The notes under the pieces: model-generated
The model's input: the letters and a program-made list of their open reading frames with translations, nothing else
Database searches by the model: none
Told to the model about the DNA's origin: nothing
Source of the DNA: Pelagomonas calceolata
Taxonomy: Eukaryota
Length of the DNA: 64,000 nucleotides
NCBI GenBank assembly: GCA_918797485.1
Contig: CAKKNE010000001.1
Span: forward strand, 992,001-1,056,000
Reading direction: 5' to 3'
In this document: positions 20,547 to 31,070 of the stretch, piece by piece
How the letters are laid out: every line of letters starts with the position of its first letter
Numbering within the stretch: position 1 is the first letter of the stretch
Translations under genes and position numbers: made by a program

Positions 20547-23500
20547 TTACGTCTCCTCCTCCAGGAATAACCTACCGCTATCCGTACGGACGAACTTGTG
20601 CCGCGGCTTCGCGTCGCGCGGCGGCGAGTCGAACGAGGCCCTCCGTTCAAACTCCGTGTCCAGCACGTACAACCTTCCACTTTCGTCGCCGACGGCGATG
20701 CGCTTCCCCGCGACGGCGCCCTGGCCGCCGACGCCGTCCGGCGAACCGAAGCGCGCCGCGCCGGGAAACAACGCGTCCACACCCAGCGTCTCGAGACTAT
20801 CGCCCTGCCTCCGCCACGCATGGACCAGCTTCGCCTCGCAGGCCGTGACCAACCGATCTCCTACACTTCCAACCCAGGCCATGGCGCACTCCAACGATGT
20901 GGACATGGAGATGACCTCACATTTCCCAGGTTCGAGAACACACACCCTACCAAGAGATGTACAAGCGGCTAATCCATGGGCATAAAAACAGATGGACACG
21001 ACCCAGCCCTCTATTTTGGTAAAGCGGTACTGCTCGAACTCGCGCCGTTCAGAGGTATCTTCTCTTTCCTTTTCCGTCCACACATTTATTCGGCCGTCGT
21101 TGTCCCCTGTCGCGATCGTGGCCTCGTCGCCCGTGATGCGGCAGGCCATGGCCAGAACACTGTCGGTCTTCTTCGCTTCCGAATGCGTTATTGTTATCGT
21201 ATTACCTCGATCCCACACATTTACTGAAGCAGCATCTCCCGCAAACGCGACCGCGCCACCCCCGACAAAGGCGCAGCAGTTGACCCAGTCGTCAAATACT
21301 AGTGGTGGTGCGGCTTCCGCTCCTCCCGCGATCTCCCTTAGGTGCACCCGCTTGTACATGGCCACCGCGACCCGAGCCCCGCCCTCGGCCACGGCGAGGG
21401 CCGTAATCGCGCGATGCTCCGCTTCTAAAGGTTCGGTACGCCACACTTCTCCTTTGCCGTCGGGGTCGAACAACCTTAGTACCCCAGCACCATCCGCGAC
21501 GATCAGCCCCGCGGGCTCTTCCACAAAAACGCAAGCAGCAATACCCTTGTCACTGCCTGGGGCTTTATCTTGACCGAAGGCCCGCGCGTAGTCCCAGATG
21601 CGGCAAGACCCGTCTTCTGATGTTGTTAAGCAAGAAGATCCACCGGGTAAGTGCGCGACGTGCGCCACCGCTGCACTATGTCCTCTTAAAACGGCCTGGT
21701 CCGGGCTCAATCTACCGCCGCTCAACCTGCCTCCACTTAATCTAAATAAGCGTGCTGATCGGTCCTCGCCCCCCGACACGAGGTGGATGCCCGCCCCCGG
21801 GCTCTTCGTCAGGCGCACGCTCTTACAAATGTCCTCGTGCGCCTCGATGTACGCGAGCCGCGCGCCCGACTTCTCGTCGAATAATACCACTGAACCATCA
21901 TCACAAGCGGTAGCCACGAAGCCGCAGGCCCAGTGCACGTCGTTCACTTTTTCGGGATGCTGGCCTTCAAAGGTCGGAGGCGTATACTTTCCTGTTAATG
22001 ATTTGGCCTGGATGTGCGTGTTCACGGCGCAGACCACGAACTGGTTGTCTCCATTATGATTTGTTGGACTGAAACAGCACGCTGCGGCGTCGCCGTCAAG
22101 TTTCAACGTTTTTTGTAGTGTAGCTTTATTTGAATAGATCTCACATCTGCCAGAACACGCGACGGCGACGTACAACCCATCTGAAGACCATCTTGCATCC
22201 GAAGCCGATCCGGCTCCTTGGGCGGCGGCGAGCTTCGTGGCGGCGTGGGCGTCCCAGACGAAAAGGTCGAACGCGGCTTTTTCGTGGCGCGAGACTCGAG
22301 CTAGAGATACTAGCGTCGCCTCGTCCGTCGGCGAGAATGAGACAGAAACGATGTCGTCTTGATGTCCAGTCAACAGAGCTTTTTCGTACTGGTCCTGGGC
22401 GTCGATGATATGTATCAACTTGTCACTACCGCCTAGCGCTAATGATTTGCCTGACTTGCTCGAGGCCGCGGCCCAGTAATGCGTCGCCGGCGACGACATG
22501 ATGCCCAAACAAGCGGGTCGTTTCTGGTCCTTGTTGACCCAGCGGAAGGGAGCCCGCAATTCCTTCGTGTCTATAGTAGAATCGTCTCTAGAATTAGCTA
22601 ACTGTTGCGCAAACAGCCCGGGCACATAACGACCGACAGCGAGGACGTGGGCGTTCGCCCGGACGCACTCCGCGAAGTCCTCGTAGCCCGCGTCCGCGAA
22701 GTCGTGGACTAAGTCGCCCACCAGACCGGCCGCGCACTTCCTCTCGCCGAACGCCGGATCTTTTAACCGCTCCGCATCATTACTACCAATCAAGTGCCGC
22801 GGCAGGCGCGTCAGGATCTGGCACTCCAGTGCCTTATCCGCCTCTCGGTCGTGGTCCGAGAACTTGTATAAGGTACTGAAGTGGGCCGCTAACATCCCAT
22901 GCGCCTTCTGGACGTCCTCCGGCGTCTTCAGCCACTTCCGTTGCACGGCGTCTCGCGCTTGCTGGTGCACGAAGGCGACACGGCCGTCCGGGCCGCACCT
23001 TACTAGAGGCCCGAGCCAGCCTTCTAGTGTACTATGTCTCGCGAGCTCTCTCAATTGAGACGCCCACACCCCACCACCAGACACATAGATCGCCGTCAGG
23101 ATCTTCTTCGCCGCGTCGGCCGGTAATCCTACTAACAGATCATCAAAGACCGCTTGGATCGTATCTGGTGCTGAACTTACAGGATCCGTGCCTCGCGTAC
23201 TCTTGGCGGGGCTCCTCGTTCTATTTGCTGCTATCACACCCGAAGCCGCACGTCTGAGCTTGCCGCCGCCCCTCCTTTTATTTTCCCTGGATGCGGGCGG
23301 CGTCAGATTCAATGATTTGCCACCGAGCAGCGGGTGTAACGCGCTTCCGTCGGGCGACCCCCGCGCTAGTTTTGGAGCGAGCAGTTTGATGTAGAGCGGC
23401 GAGGCGGCGTCCTTCTTCGTCTTGAGGGCCTCCTGCTCTTGGGAAGTAGGTGCTCTACCCGCGAGTTGCGTCAACAAGGAGATCTGGTCATCAGAAGATA

Positions 23501-24152
23501 AAGGAGGCACGACCAAGGGTTCCGTGATCTCGAAGCGCTTTTTGAGAGCAGCTAAGACAGTTTTCACGTTCGGGTCCTTCGAATTGGCCCCACCGCGAAT
23601 CGTCGTCACCACAATACCACTGCGTCTGGGAAGCCATCCCAAGGAAAGAGCGGCGGCGCCCTCCAATTCGTTGACCGCATCCACAACGATGAGGACCTTC
23701 TTCTTCTCCTCCTGTAGTACTTGCAGTCTTTTCTCGAGCAACCCAGACAGGCCAAGTACATCATCAGCCAACTCCTCGACGGAGTTCTCCGAGGTACACA
23801 AGTCGGATAGACTCTCACGGGACTTCCGTGCGGGCACCAACGAAGCGCACAACTCGCTCAACACTCTCACCAGGTTCGTCGAGCCGCCCGCGCTGCCGAC
23901 GAAAACCGCCCTTACTATATCGTACTCCTCCCGCAACCGTGTCACACAATTCGCCATGAACGTCGACTTGCCACTGCCGGACGGTGCCACGACGGCGACG
24001 GGCCGGTCCGCTCCATTCAATTTTGCCTTGAGCGCCTCGTAGAGGTCGTCTCTTGGTAATAAAACGCCGCCGGCTCTTTCCAGGATGGCGGCCTCGCCGT
24101 CGATGATGGCCGGGGCCGCCTGGCCCTGTTCTGTGGACGCGCCGCTGCCCAT
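20547..24152 (-). CDS. P-loop NTPase (NACHT/STAND-like) plus WD40-repeat protein
   Basis: MGSGAS N-terminus, APSGSGKST Walker A, LIVVDAVN Walker B, multiple GH...WD repeats. Confidence 0.85.
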   Translation of the reverse strand: MGSGASTEQGQAAPAIIDGEAAILERAGGVLLPRDDLYEALKAKLNGADRPVAVVAPSGSGKSTFMANCVTRLREEYDIVRAVFVGSAGGSTNLVRVLSELCASLVPARKSRESLSDLCTSENSVEELADDVLGLSGLLEKRLQVLQEEKKKVLIVVDAVNELEGAAALSLGWLPRRSGIVVTTIRGGANSKDPNVKTVLAALKKRFEITEPLVVPPLSSDDQISLLTQLAGRAPTSQEQEALKTKKDAASPLYIKLLAPKLARGSPDGSALHPLLGGKSLNLTPPASRENKRRGGGKLRRAASGVIAANRTRSPAKSTRGTDPVSSAPDTIQAVFDDLLVGLPADAAKKILTAIYVSGGGVWASQLRELARHSTLEGWLGPLVRCGPDGRVAFVHQQARDAVQRKWLKTPEDVQKAHGMLAAHFSTLYKFSDHDREADKALECQILTRLPRHLIGSNDAERLKDPAFGERKCAAGLVGDLVHDFADAGYEDFAECVRANAHVLAVGRYVPGLFAQQLANSRDDSTIDTKELRAPFRWVNKDQKRPACLGIMSSPATHYWAAASSKSGKSLALGGSDKLIHIIDAQDQYEKALLTGHQDDIVSVSFSPTDEATLVSLARVSRHEKAAFDLFVWDAHAATKLAAAQGAGSASDARWSSDGLYVAVACSGRCEIYSNKATLQKTLKLDGDAAACCFSPTNHNGDNQFVVCAVNTHIQAKSLTGKYTPPTFEGQHPEKVNDVHWACGFVATACDDGSVVLFDEKSGARLAYIEAHEDICKSVRLTKSPGAGIHLVSGGEDRSARLFRLSGGRLSGGRLSPDQAVLRGHSAAVAHVAHLPGGSSCLTTSEDGSCRIWDYARAFGQDKAPGSDKGIAACVFVEEPAGLIVADGAGVLRLFDPDGKGEVWRTEPLEAEHRAITALAVAEGGARVAVAMYKRVHLREIAGGAEAAPPLVFDDWVNCCAFVGGGAVAFAGDAASVNVWDRGNTITITHSEAKKTDSVLAMACRITGDEATIATGDNDGRINVWTEKEREDTSERREFEQYRFTKIEGWVVSICFYAHGLAACTSLGRVCVLEPGKCEVISMSTSLECAMAWVGSVGDRLVTACEAKLVHAWRRQGDSLETLGVDALFPGAARFGSPDGVGGQGAVAGKRIAVGDESGRLYVLDTEFERRASFDSPPRDAKPRHKFVRTDSGRLFLEEET

Positions 24153-24710
24153 GGCGTTTGGATGGGCTCTGCTCAACCCTGGGAGAGGCTGCCCTGTACT
24201 CTCTTGGTGCTGCCCTGGGCACAGTCTACGTGGGGGAGGCCGTGGGGTGCGGGGTCAGCAGTCAATCCGGGCAACCGCGGCCGCCTCTGCGACCGGCGAC
24301 CGGCGAGACCAGCGCTGCTAAGAAACCAGCGCGACCGGCAACCAAGGCATGCGCACTAGCGTGAGAGATAGGAGGAGCCCTCGGTTTGACGGGTCGGCGA
24401 GGGGGTGGCGTGGGCGTGCGATTGATCTTCAGGGTGCTTTGGAATTAATTTTTTACCTGCCAAAATGCCCCTGCTCCTAAACAGAGGAGGGGGTGCGCCT
24501 ACCAAGGGCTAAAAGTCGAGCCCAAATCGGAAGCGAAGATCCGGCCATCCCGACGGACTCGCCCAACAGTCCGCTGCGTTTTAGCTCGCGAAGTCCAGCC
24601 GCCGCGCCGCCGCCGTGCGACAGCAGCCGAAAGGAGAGCGCCGGAGAAGCTCTTAGCACCAATCTCCAATACGCCGCCGCCGCGACCCTGCGAACGCCTC
24701 CAGCAACACT

Positions 24711-26207
24711 ATGGACTCGCCCTACGCCTACGCCGCGCCCGTCCAGGCGTCGCTAGGCGCACCACTCTTAGCTCCACCGTTAGTACCCGCGGCGGTCGCC
24801 ACCATGCCAGCGCCACAGAAAAAAACAGTAGCCAGACCGGGCACCGGACCGAAAAAACCCAAAAGACCGAAGACGGCCTACCACTTCTTCTTCGACGCGG
24901 AGCGCAAGGCGGCGCTCGATGCCGCGCCGGACCGAGAAAAGGTCGACAACAACATGCTGTCGAGGCAGTTAGGCACGATCGCGGCGTCCCGTCGTGTGGA
25001 GGTGCCTTCACTTCTTCAATACGACTCGTCTCCAGGAATGATGGAAGTGGGTGGTTTTTTGAGAGATTTTGAGCCGGTTCGGACCGCGTCGAGACCGCGA
25101 TTCGCGCAGGCCAGCGCTGGAAGGCCATGGACGCCAACGCGCGTAGAAGGTGGGACGAGCTCGCCAAGGGCGCGAAGGAAGATTATGATGAGGCCGTCCG
25201 GTTGTTCGAGGCGCAAGGGGGACGGATGCACGACGTCACGCCCACGAAACCGTCCGATCTCCGCGTTTTGAGGTGCTGCGGTGCCTTCACTTCACTGATA
25301 CGACTCGTATCTAACACACGATCCCGTGGGTGGTTTTGTTTCCGATTTTGATGCTCCGCGCAGGTTATCGGCCTACATGCTCTACTTCCGGGCCAAGCAC
25401 CAAGCGCAAAAACCCGACGAGAAGGTCACGGACTTTGCCAAGGTCACCGGTGCGGAATGGAAGGCCCTGTCGGATCAGGACAAACAACCTTTTCATGAAA
25501 GCGCAAAGAAGCAGCGGGATCTCTACGATAACCAAGTTGCTTTTTGTGCCAAGTCTTGTGACCAGTTGATCGGGGAGAAGTTCCTGGATGGGCGGCCGAG
25601 CGTGATGGCCTTCGCTAGAGTAGCTTTATTTGATGCTGGAACTGCTCAAGAAAACGCGGACGAGGCGCGAGCCGCCTACCACGTCGTCTATGACGACCAA
25701 TCGCGGGGCCAAGAGACTTTGAGCTTGGGAGAACTGAAAGCAAGGGTGTGTGGTGATGAAAGGGCGGCCAAGCGAGCGGCAGCTAGGGTCGACGCCGCGC
25801 AGAAGAAGCGGAAGGCCATGCCACCGCCGCCCATGTATCAGGTACCAGTAGACAAGAAGCCCAAGATTACAAAAAAGCCGCCGCCGCCGCCGGACGACGA
25901 GCCGGAGCCGTTTACGGACAACGAGATACTTAACGTGTTGCGGCTGACGCGGCGCGTGGCCGCCGGCGCCAATGTCGGCAATCTCAAGAAGCTGTGTGCG
26001 GCGGCGGGCCTGGCCAACGTCGGTAGCAAAGCTCAATTAGCTTCTAGATTGGAGCGGTTCCTGCGCGAGAAGAACTTCGAGGCGCACCCCTTCATCCCGT
26101 CGCACGCCGACAACTTGCTGCCCTTCGCGGAGTTCGACGCGAAGTACCAGGCCATGACCGTGCTCGAGATCTCGGCCGTCGAGAAGGTCGTCGCGGGGCT
26201 CCTCTGA
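24711..26207 (+). CDS. Tandem HMG-box protein with SAP-like domain; exons 24711-24972, 25110-25251, 25364-26207
   Basis: PKRPKTAYHFF...LGQRWKAM, then KPLSAYMLYF...GAEWKALSDQDKQPF; LKKLCAAAGL..VGSKAQLASRL. Splicing gives a 1248-nt frame. Confidence 0.88.
24973..25109 (+). mobile_element. Introner family B copy (GC-AG intron)
   Basis: GCACGATCGCGGCGTCCCG...GGTGCCTTCAC...ACGACTCGT...GGGTGGTTT...ACCGCGATTCGCGCAG; homologous to 25252-25363 and 28834-28975. Confidence 0.85.
25252..25363 (+). mobile_element. Introner family B copy (GT-AG intron)
   Basis: Shares CTGCGGTGCCTTCAC, ACGACTCGT, GTGGGTGGTTT and GATGCTCCGCGCAG with 28834-28975. Confidence 0.85.
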
Positions 26208-26233
26208 TAGGCGTAAGCACACTTGAACATTAC

Positions 26234-27766
26234 TCAATTCACGGGCCCCGTCCTTCCAAGCGGCCACACGCGGTACAACGGCTTCCCGACGACAAACCTC
26301 GCGTCGACGTCTCCAAAAACCCGCGAGTCGACGGATTTCCCGTCACAATCGCCTCGTACAAATACGGCGCCGGGCGCGACGGGGCGGTCGCCGCGGTCCC
26401 TGGCACCTTCCGTGATGGCGCGCGCGAGTGAGTCCGACGGCGAGTTACATACAGCCGGCACCCGCCGTGCGTCGAACGACGGCGCGTCGCCGCCGACGCC
26501 AGCGACGCGTTTGACGAACTGGTCGCCCGCTTTGACCTCTTTTCCGACTAAAGCCCGAAGCGCTGGAGGTTGATTGAACACGATCAGGTCACCGACGGCC
26601 GGCGGCGCGCCGCGGCGTAGCCCTGACTTCGCTACGAGCAAGACGTCGCCCTTCTGTAACGTTGGGACCATACTCTCCGACGGTATCACGTAGAGCGACG
26701 CGAACGTCCGCGCGAGCAGCACGAGGGGTATCGGCGCCACCGCCGACAGAAGCCACGCAATTAATATTGCGCCACCCCGCGCCGCGTCGCCGCCAGAGGC
26801 CGCGGACAGGGACAGCTCCCGCGTGACTCGGGCCGGAAACGAACGCGCGTCGAAGCGCGTCAGCCACTCGACGCCGTCGAGCGCGAGCGGGACCGTGACC
26901 GGCCACATGGGATCCATGGCCCCCATCGCCGGTCGTAGCTTCGCCGTGAGGTTGTGGTCGGTCGCGTCGGCATAGAAGACGTCCTCGTCATCGCGTAGCA
27001 GACGCATGACGCGGTACTCGCCGCCCGTCGCGAGCCCCATTTTTTCGAGCGCGGCGGCGCCAGCATCGCTCCTAGCTACTGGAACGAGCACCTCTCCGCC
27101 CTTGAAGCGTTCGCGGGTACGCGGCGCCGCCGCGCGCGCCGCTGCGCCGAGCGCGCCGCGGAAACTGCTCGAAGTCTCGCCCGAGCGCCGGCTCCACGTC
27201 GCGATCTCGACGACGGCCGACGGCTCGTCGCCGGTTTTGCACCCCGGCCAGGCGTGCGCGCCCCAGTCCGCCGCGCGGCCGCAGCTTTCCACAGCTTCAG
27301 CAGCACCGCAGAAGGTCATGGCGCCGCGCCACACGGGCGCGCCGCCCTTCTCCGCGCCGCCGCATCCAGATAAGGTCGGCACGGTGGTTCCGTTCACGCG
27401 CAGCGCCAGCGAGAACGTGGCGTCGACGTCGTCGCCGTTCCCGCGACTCAGGTAGCGGAGATACACCGCGGCAGCCCGTTTTCCCGAGTTTCCTCGCGGA
27501 TACACGTCCACTCTGAATCTTTCGCCTGCCTCGGTCTCGATCGGAGCGGAGGACAGCATCGGTATTTGCTGTGTGACTGCATCATTCAGACTCAGCGGCG
27601 AGTCCCACAGCGGCTGCTGCTGCGACGGCGTCGACGGACGCAGATTCACCTCCACGCGTGTGACTGATGGCTGCAAGGCTGTGCTGGTGCAGAGTATGAC
27701 AGCGCAGCTCACGAGTCTTGCAAAGTCTTTGCACGCCAGCCGCGCATCAATGCGCTTGAGAGGCAT
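26234..27766 (-). CDS. Signal peptidase I (S26, thylakoid-processing-like) with N-terminal MATH-like domain
   Basis: IPSESMVPTL (Ser), FVKRV (Lys), VRGD...SVDSRVFG; N-terminal GERFRVDVYPRGN...AVYL is MATH-like. Confidence 0.85.
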   Translation of the reverse strand: MPLKRIDARLACKDFARLVSCAVILCTSTALQPSVTRVEVNLRPSTPSQQQPLWDSPLSLNDAVTQQIPMLSSAPIETEAGERFRVDVYPRGNSGKRAAAVYLRYLSRGNGDDVDATFSLALRVNGTTVPTLSGCGGAEKGGAPVWRGAMTFCGAAEAVESCGRAADWGAHAWPGCKTGDEPSAVVEIATWSRRSGETSSSFRGALGAAARAAAPRTRERFKGGEVLVPVARSDAGAAALEKMGLATGGEYRVMRLLRDDEDVFYADATDHNLTAKLRPAMGAMDPMWPVTVPLALDGVEWLTRFDARSFPARVTRELSLSAASGGDAARGGAILIAWLLSAVAPIPLVLLARTFASLYVIPSESMVPTLQKGDVLLVAKSGLRRGAPPAVGDLIVFNQPPALRALVGKEVKAGDQFVKRVAGVGGDAPSFDARRVPAVCNSPSDSLARAITEGARDRGDRPVAPGAVFVRGDCDGKSVDSRVFGDVDARFVVGKPLYRVWPLGRTGPVN

Positions 27767-27854
27767 GTCGAAAATGCAGTGATTGCCTCGGGCAAGGCTG
27801 CACGAGACCCTGCCAGCGCACTCACAATGGCCCAGGGGTATCCCAGGGGTGCTT

Positions 27855-27877
27855 GCTAGTATCTTAGACCGCTAGCT
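27855..27877 (+). promoter_or_regulatory. Upstream double-CTAG motif copy (GCTAGTATCTTAGACCGCTAGCT)
   Basis: Between divergent starts 27766(-) and 28175(+). Confidence 0.6.
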
Positions 27878-28174
27878 ATTCTGTTGCACGAGTCCTCCAG
27901 GCACGTCATGCGGGCACCCGGACCACGCCCGAGATCGCTCCGCGACAAAGCACGCCGCACGAACCCGAACCTCTGCCTGATTTCGAAGGAGCTCCTGGCC
28001 TGCCGGCAGCCTGGGACGCGAACACAGGTGCCTATACCTCGAAGAGCATAGCGCCTCGACGTCACGACATCGCTCGGCCAACGTCTCCACTAAGGAGGCA
28101 GCCCCAGCACGGCAGCCACCCCGTACACCTATACAACACCCAGACGCCATCGCGCAGACGCGGGAGCTTCAGCA

Positions 28175-29435
28175 ATGGAGGCCAAAGGATCAGAGGAAGA
28201 GGCCAAGGACGCCAAAGAAGAAGAACCCCCGTCGAAGGTCGTCATCGACCTGCTGAATTTTGCCATGAAAGTCGTCCACGAAGAAATGAGTGGATTTTTT
28301 GAGACACACTGCGTGCTCTGGGACTACAAGGAGGAGGACCTCAAAAAGATCACGGCCGGGGAAGGAGAAACCTTGGAGCAGCATGCGGTTTTTACCCAAT
28401 ACCTGGAACAGATCAACGAGCGGTTGGACGGGTTCGCGCGGACTGCCGGTTATGCGGACGCGCAAGGTGTTCTCACGGACGTGCAAAAAGCGGTAGACCA
28501 CGACAAGAAGCTCCGGGACCAGATGATGAAGGAGATGAACGCGCTCTTTGCGCAGATGCGGCTCGGGTTGGAGCAGCGCGACAAGGCGGCGGCCGGCGCC
28601 AAGGGGACCGAGGACGACGCCAAAGGTGATGATGATAGTACCGCCTCGGCCAAAACAGTAGAAGTCGATGAATCGGAAGCGAAGGAGTCCAAAGCAGTAC
28701 CAAAGAAGAAGAAACCTACAGGCAATGGCTTGATGCTCTTCAGTCAGCCGATCGGGCTCGAGTACTTGCTGGAGTCCGTGATGAATTTGGCGGAGTACGA
28801 GACGTTCCGGATGATGATGATCATGAAGGCTAGGTGCGATCTCGGCGTCCCGCAGCGCTGCGGTGCCTTCACGCCATCGACGCGACTCGTGTCCATCAGA
28901 CGAGGTCGTGGGTGGTTTCTTTTTCGAGTTTGAGGCCATTCGGACCGAGTCGAGCGACCGCGATGCTCCGCGCAGGGAAAGGAGGATGTACCGGCAGCTG
29001 GAGGAGCGCGGGAATAAAAGGCGACGTTTGCGAGACACGAGGAAAGCGGAGTTGACTGATGGCTGTTCTGGGGATGTTGTTCGCGAACAGTACTCGTTAC
29101 TGAAAGTTAGACTAGGCGAGATGACGCCGCAGCGGAAAGATTTACGGGACGAACTCGACAAGGGCATGGATGTGGATAGGTTCGACTTTGACAGTAGGAT
29201 AGCTGATCCGGAGAGTTATAAATATCCCATGGACTTCCTCTGCAAGGTGTCCTCACCTTCCGCCCAGGAGGAGCTCAAAGGTAGGAGGGAGGATTTGACG
29301 CAACAAAACGCGCCGCACTGCGACTGGCTCGAAGCGCTCCACGCGCACGTCGACGCGATCCACGACAACATCGAGGAGGTCATGCTGGCCGCGCGGAGAG
29401 GGGCTAATGCGGAGGCCAAGGGGGCGAAGGCATAA
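28175..29435 (+). CDS. BART (ARL2-binding)-like domain protein; exons 28175-28833, 28976-29435
   Basis: FFETHC...ETLEQHAVFTQY...LDGF and AEYETFRMMM BART-like motifs; splicing gives KAR-ERRM in frame. Confidence 0.75.
28834..28975 (+). mobile_element. Introner family B copy (GT-AG intron)
   Basis: GTGCGATCTCGGCGTCCCG...ACCGCGATGCTCCGCGCAG; contains the core ACGCCATCGACGCGAC. Confidence 0.87.
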
Positions 29436-29573
29436 GCTTTTCCCGAGGTCTAGTCGCACTCGTCGTCGCGGCGATGGCGTACCCGGGTGCCCCCGTGGAC
29501 GCCGTCGCGGACTTCGTCGCGGCGACGCGTCGCTAAGTGCGCCGCTCCATGGACGTGCGACGAAACAAATTAA

Positions 29574-30809
29574 CTAGGATACCGTACACCTATTGGAAGG
29601 AAGGGGCTCGCAGCCCGCCGGCGCGATGCGCATCACCCTATCGCACTTGAGCGGCATGCAGTAGAGCGCGCCGTCGTTCCCCTCGACGCCGCCCTCCCAG
29701 AGATTCAAACCCTCGAAGGGCCCTCCAATCAATGACGCGCAGTCTTCTTTGGAAGGGTCAATCCGCAGCACGCGCTCACATTTCAGGGGAATCGCGTAGA
29801 TGCAGCCGTCCTGACCAGCGAAACCGTTCTGCCACTTGTTCTGACCCCTAGATTGCCCCTTGGCTATATCCGACAGGTCGCGGCCGACGTAGGAACAGGA
29901 AGCCGTGGACGGGTCGACCCTCAGTATTCTATCCGCATCACTCGGAATGCAGTACATGCAGCCGTCGATAGGGGAGACCACCCCTCCCAAGTATTTATAT
30001 TTGTCGTCGTCCCTGTGTTGCCCTCCTACTAATGGCTTGTTATCCGGTCCGGGAATCGTAGAAACGACATCACCGTCCGGGTGGGGAGAGATGCGCAGGA
30101 CACTAAGCGAATTCGAGGGAATGCCCCAGACCTGGCCGTCTTGTGTGGTACAGCCGCCGTGCCACTTCCAGCCGCCCTCCGGGAGGTCGCCGATGACCTC
30201 TATTTTTTCGTCGGGCAGGCCTATCCTTAATACACCAGGGGCGCAGGCCGGGATGCCATAAATTGCTTTGGCTGTATGTGAGTATAACCCTCCATAAAAC
30301 TTCCACCGTCCTGGGAGGTCCGGTCCAATGAGATCTACTTGTGGTTCCGCGTTGTTTCGTAGACATCCCGCCGGTGCTAATCGCAAAACCTTCATCGCCG
30401 TCTGCGGGATCGCGTAAATTAAACCCGTTTTTGGATCTTCCACGGCGCCGTGCCACTTCCAGAGCCCTGGCAATTTGGGCCCGACCAGGTCCACGCGCGG
30501 CTCCGTTTCGTTTGGCAGAGGGGGTCGGATCCGCAGCACCTGCTCCGCGTGGCAAGGAATAGCATAACACGCGCCGTCCCTCCCTAAAATGCCTCTTAAC
30601 CATTTAAACTTGCCGGGCAGCTCGGGCCCGACCAACCGCGTCTCTCCTCTCGTATTGATCTCCATGACTCGAAGCGCGTGGCCCGGCACAGCGTATATAG
30701 TTCCATCTGGGCCTCTCGCGCCGCCCAGGTACTTCTCGGCGCCGGCGTAGCGCTGGCCGATGTAGGCGCAGTCCGGTTTTGTTTCTGTGGCGCCGCAGAT
30801 GGCATCCAT
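29574..30809 (-). CDS. Repeat protein, probable beta-propeller
   Basis: About 7 repeats of G.WKW.GG....DG.IYAIP..A..VLRI. Confidence 0.8.
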   Translation of the reverse strand: MDAICGATETKPDCAYIGQRYAGAEKYLGGARGPDGTIYAVPGHALRVMEINTRGETRLVGPELPGKFKWLRGILGRDGACYAIPCHAEQVLRIRPPLPNETEPRVDLVGPKLPGLWKWHGAVEDPKTGLIYAIPQTAMKVLRLAPAGCLRNNAEPQVDLIGPDLPGRWKFYGGLYSHTAKAIYGIPACAPGVLRIGLPDEKIEVIGDLPEGGWKWHGGCTTQDGQVWGIPSNSLSVLRISPHPDGDVVSTIPGPDNKPLVGGQHRDDDKYKYLGGVVSPIDGCMYCIPSDADRILRVDPSTASCSYVGRDLSDIAKGQSRGQNKWQNGFAGQDGCIYAIPLKCERVLRIDPSKEDCASLIGGPFEGLNLWEGGVEGNDGALYCMPLKCDRVMRIAPAGCEPLPSNRCTVS

Positions 30810-30989
30810 GTTGCGCGTGCAGCCTCGGAGTGCAAGCCTCTCTTTGCCTTACTTGCTCCGGCTTCGCACGGTTGCGTGCAGCCGACCCGCAGCGATGGCG
30901 TACAGCCAAGCCGCAGCAACCAACTATCGAACGCGTATCGCGGAGCTACTCCCTCAGCGAGAGCTGTCGCGTTTTTTCAGAGAGGCTCG

Positions 30990-31014
30990 AGCTAGCGGCA
31001 TCTAAGACACTAGG
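30990..31014 (-). promoter_or_regulatory. Upstream double-CTAG motif copy (CCTAGTGTCTTAGATGCCGCTAGCT)
   Basis: 180 bp upstream of start 30809(-). Confidence 0.65.
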
Positions 31015-31070
31015 AAGCGACGAATCCGCTGCGGTATGCCTCAGGAACATCTTTATGAAATAAAACATTA

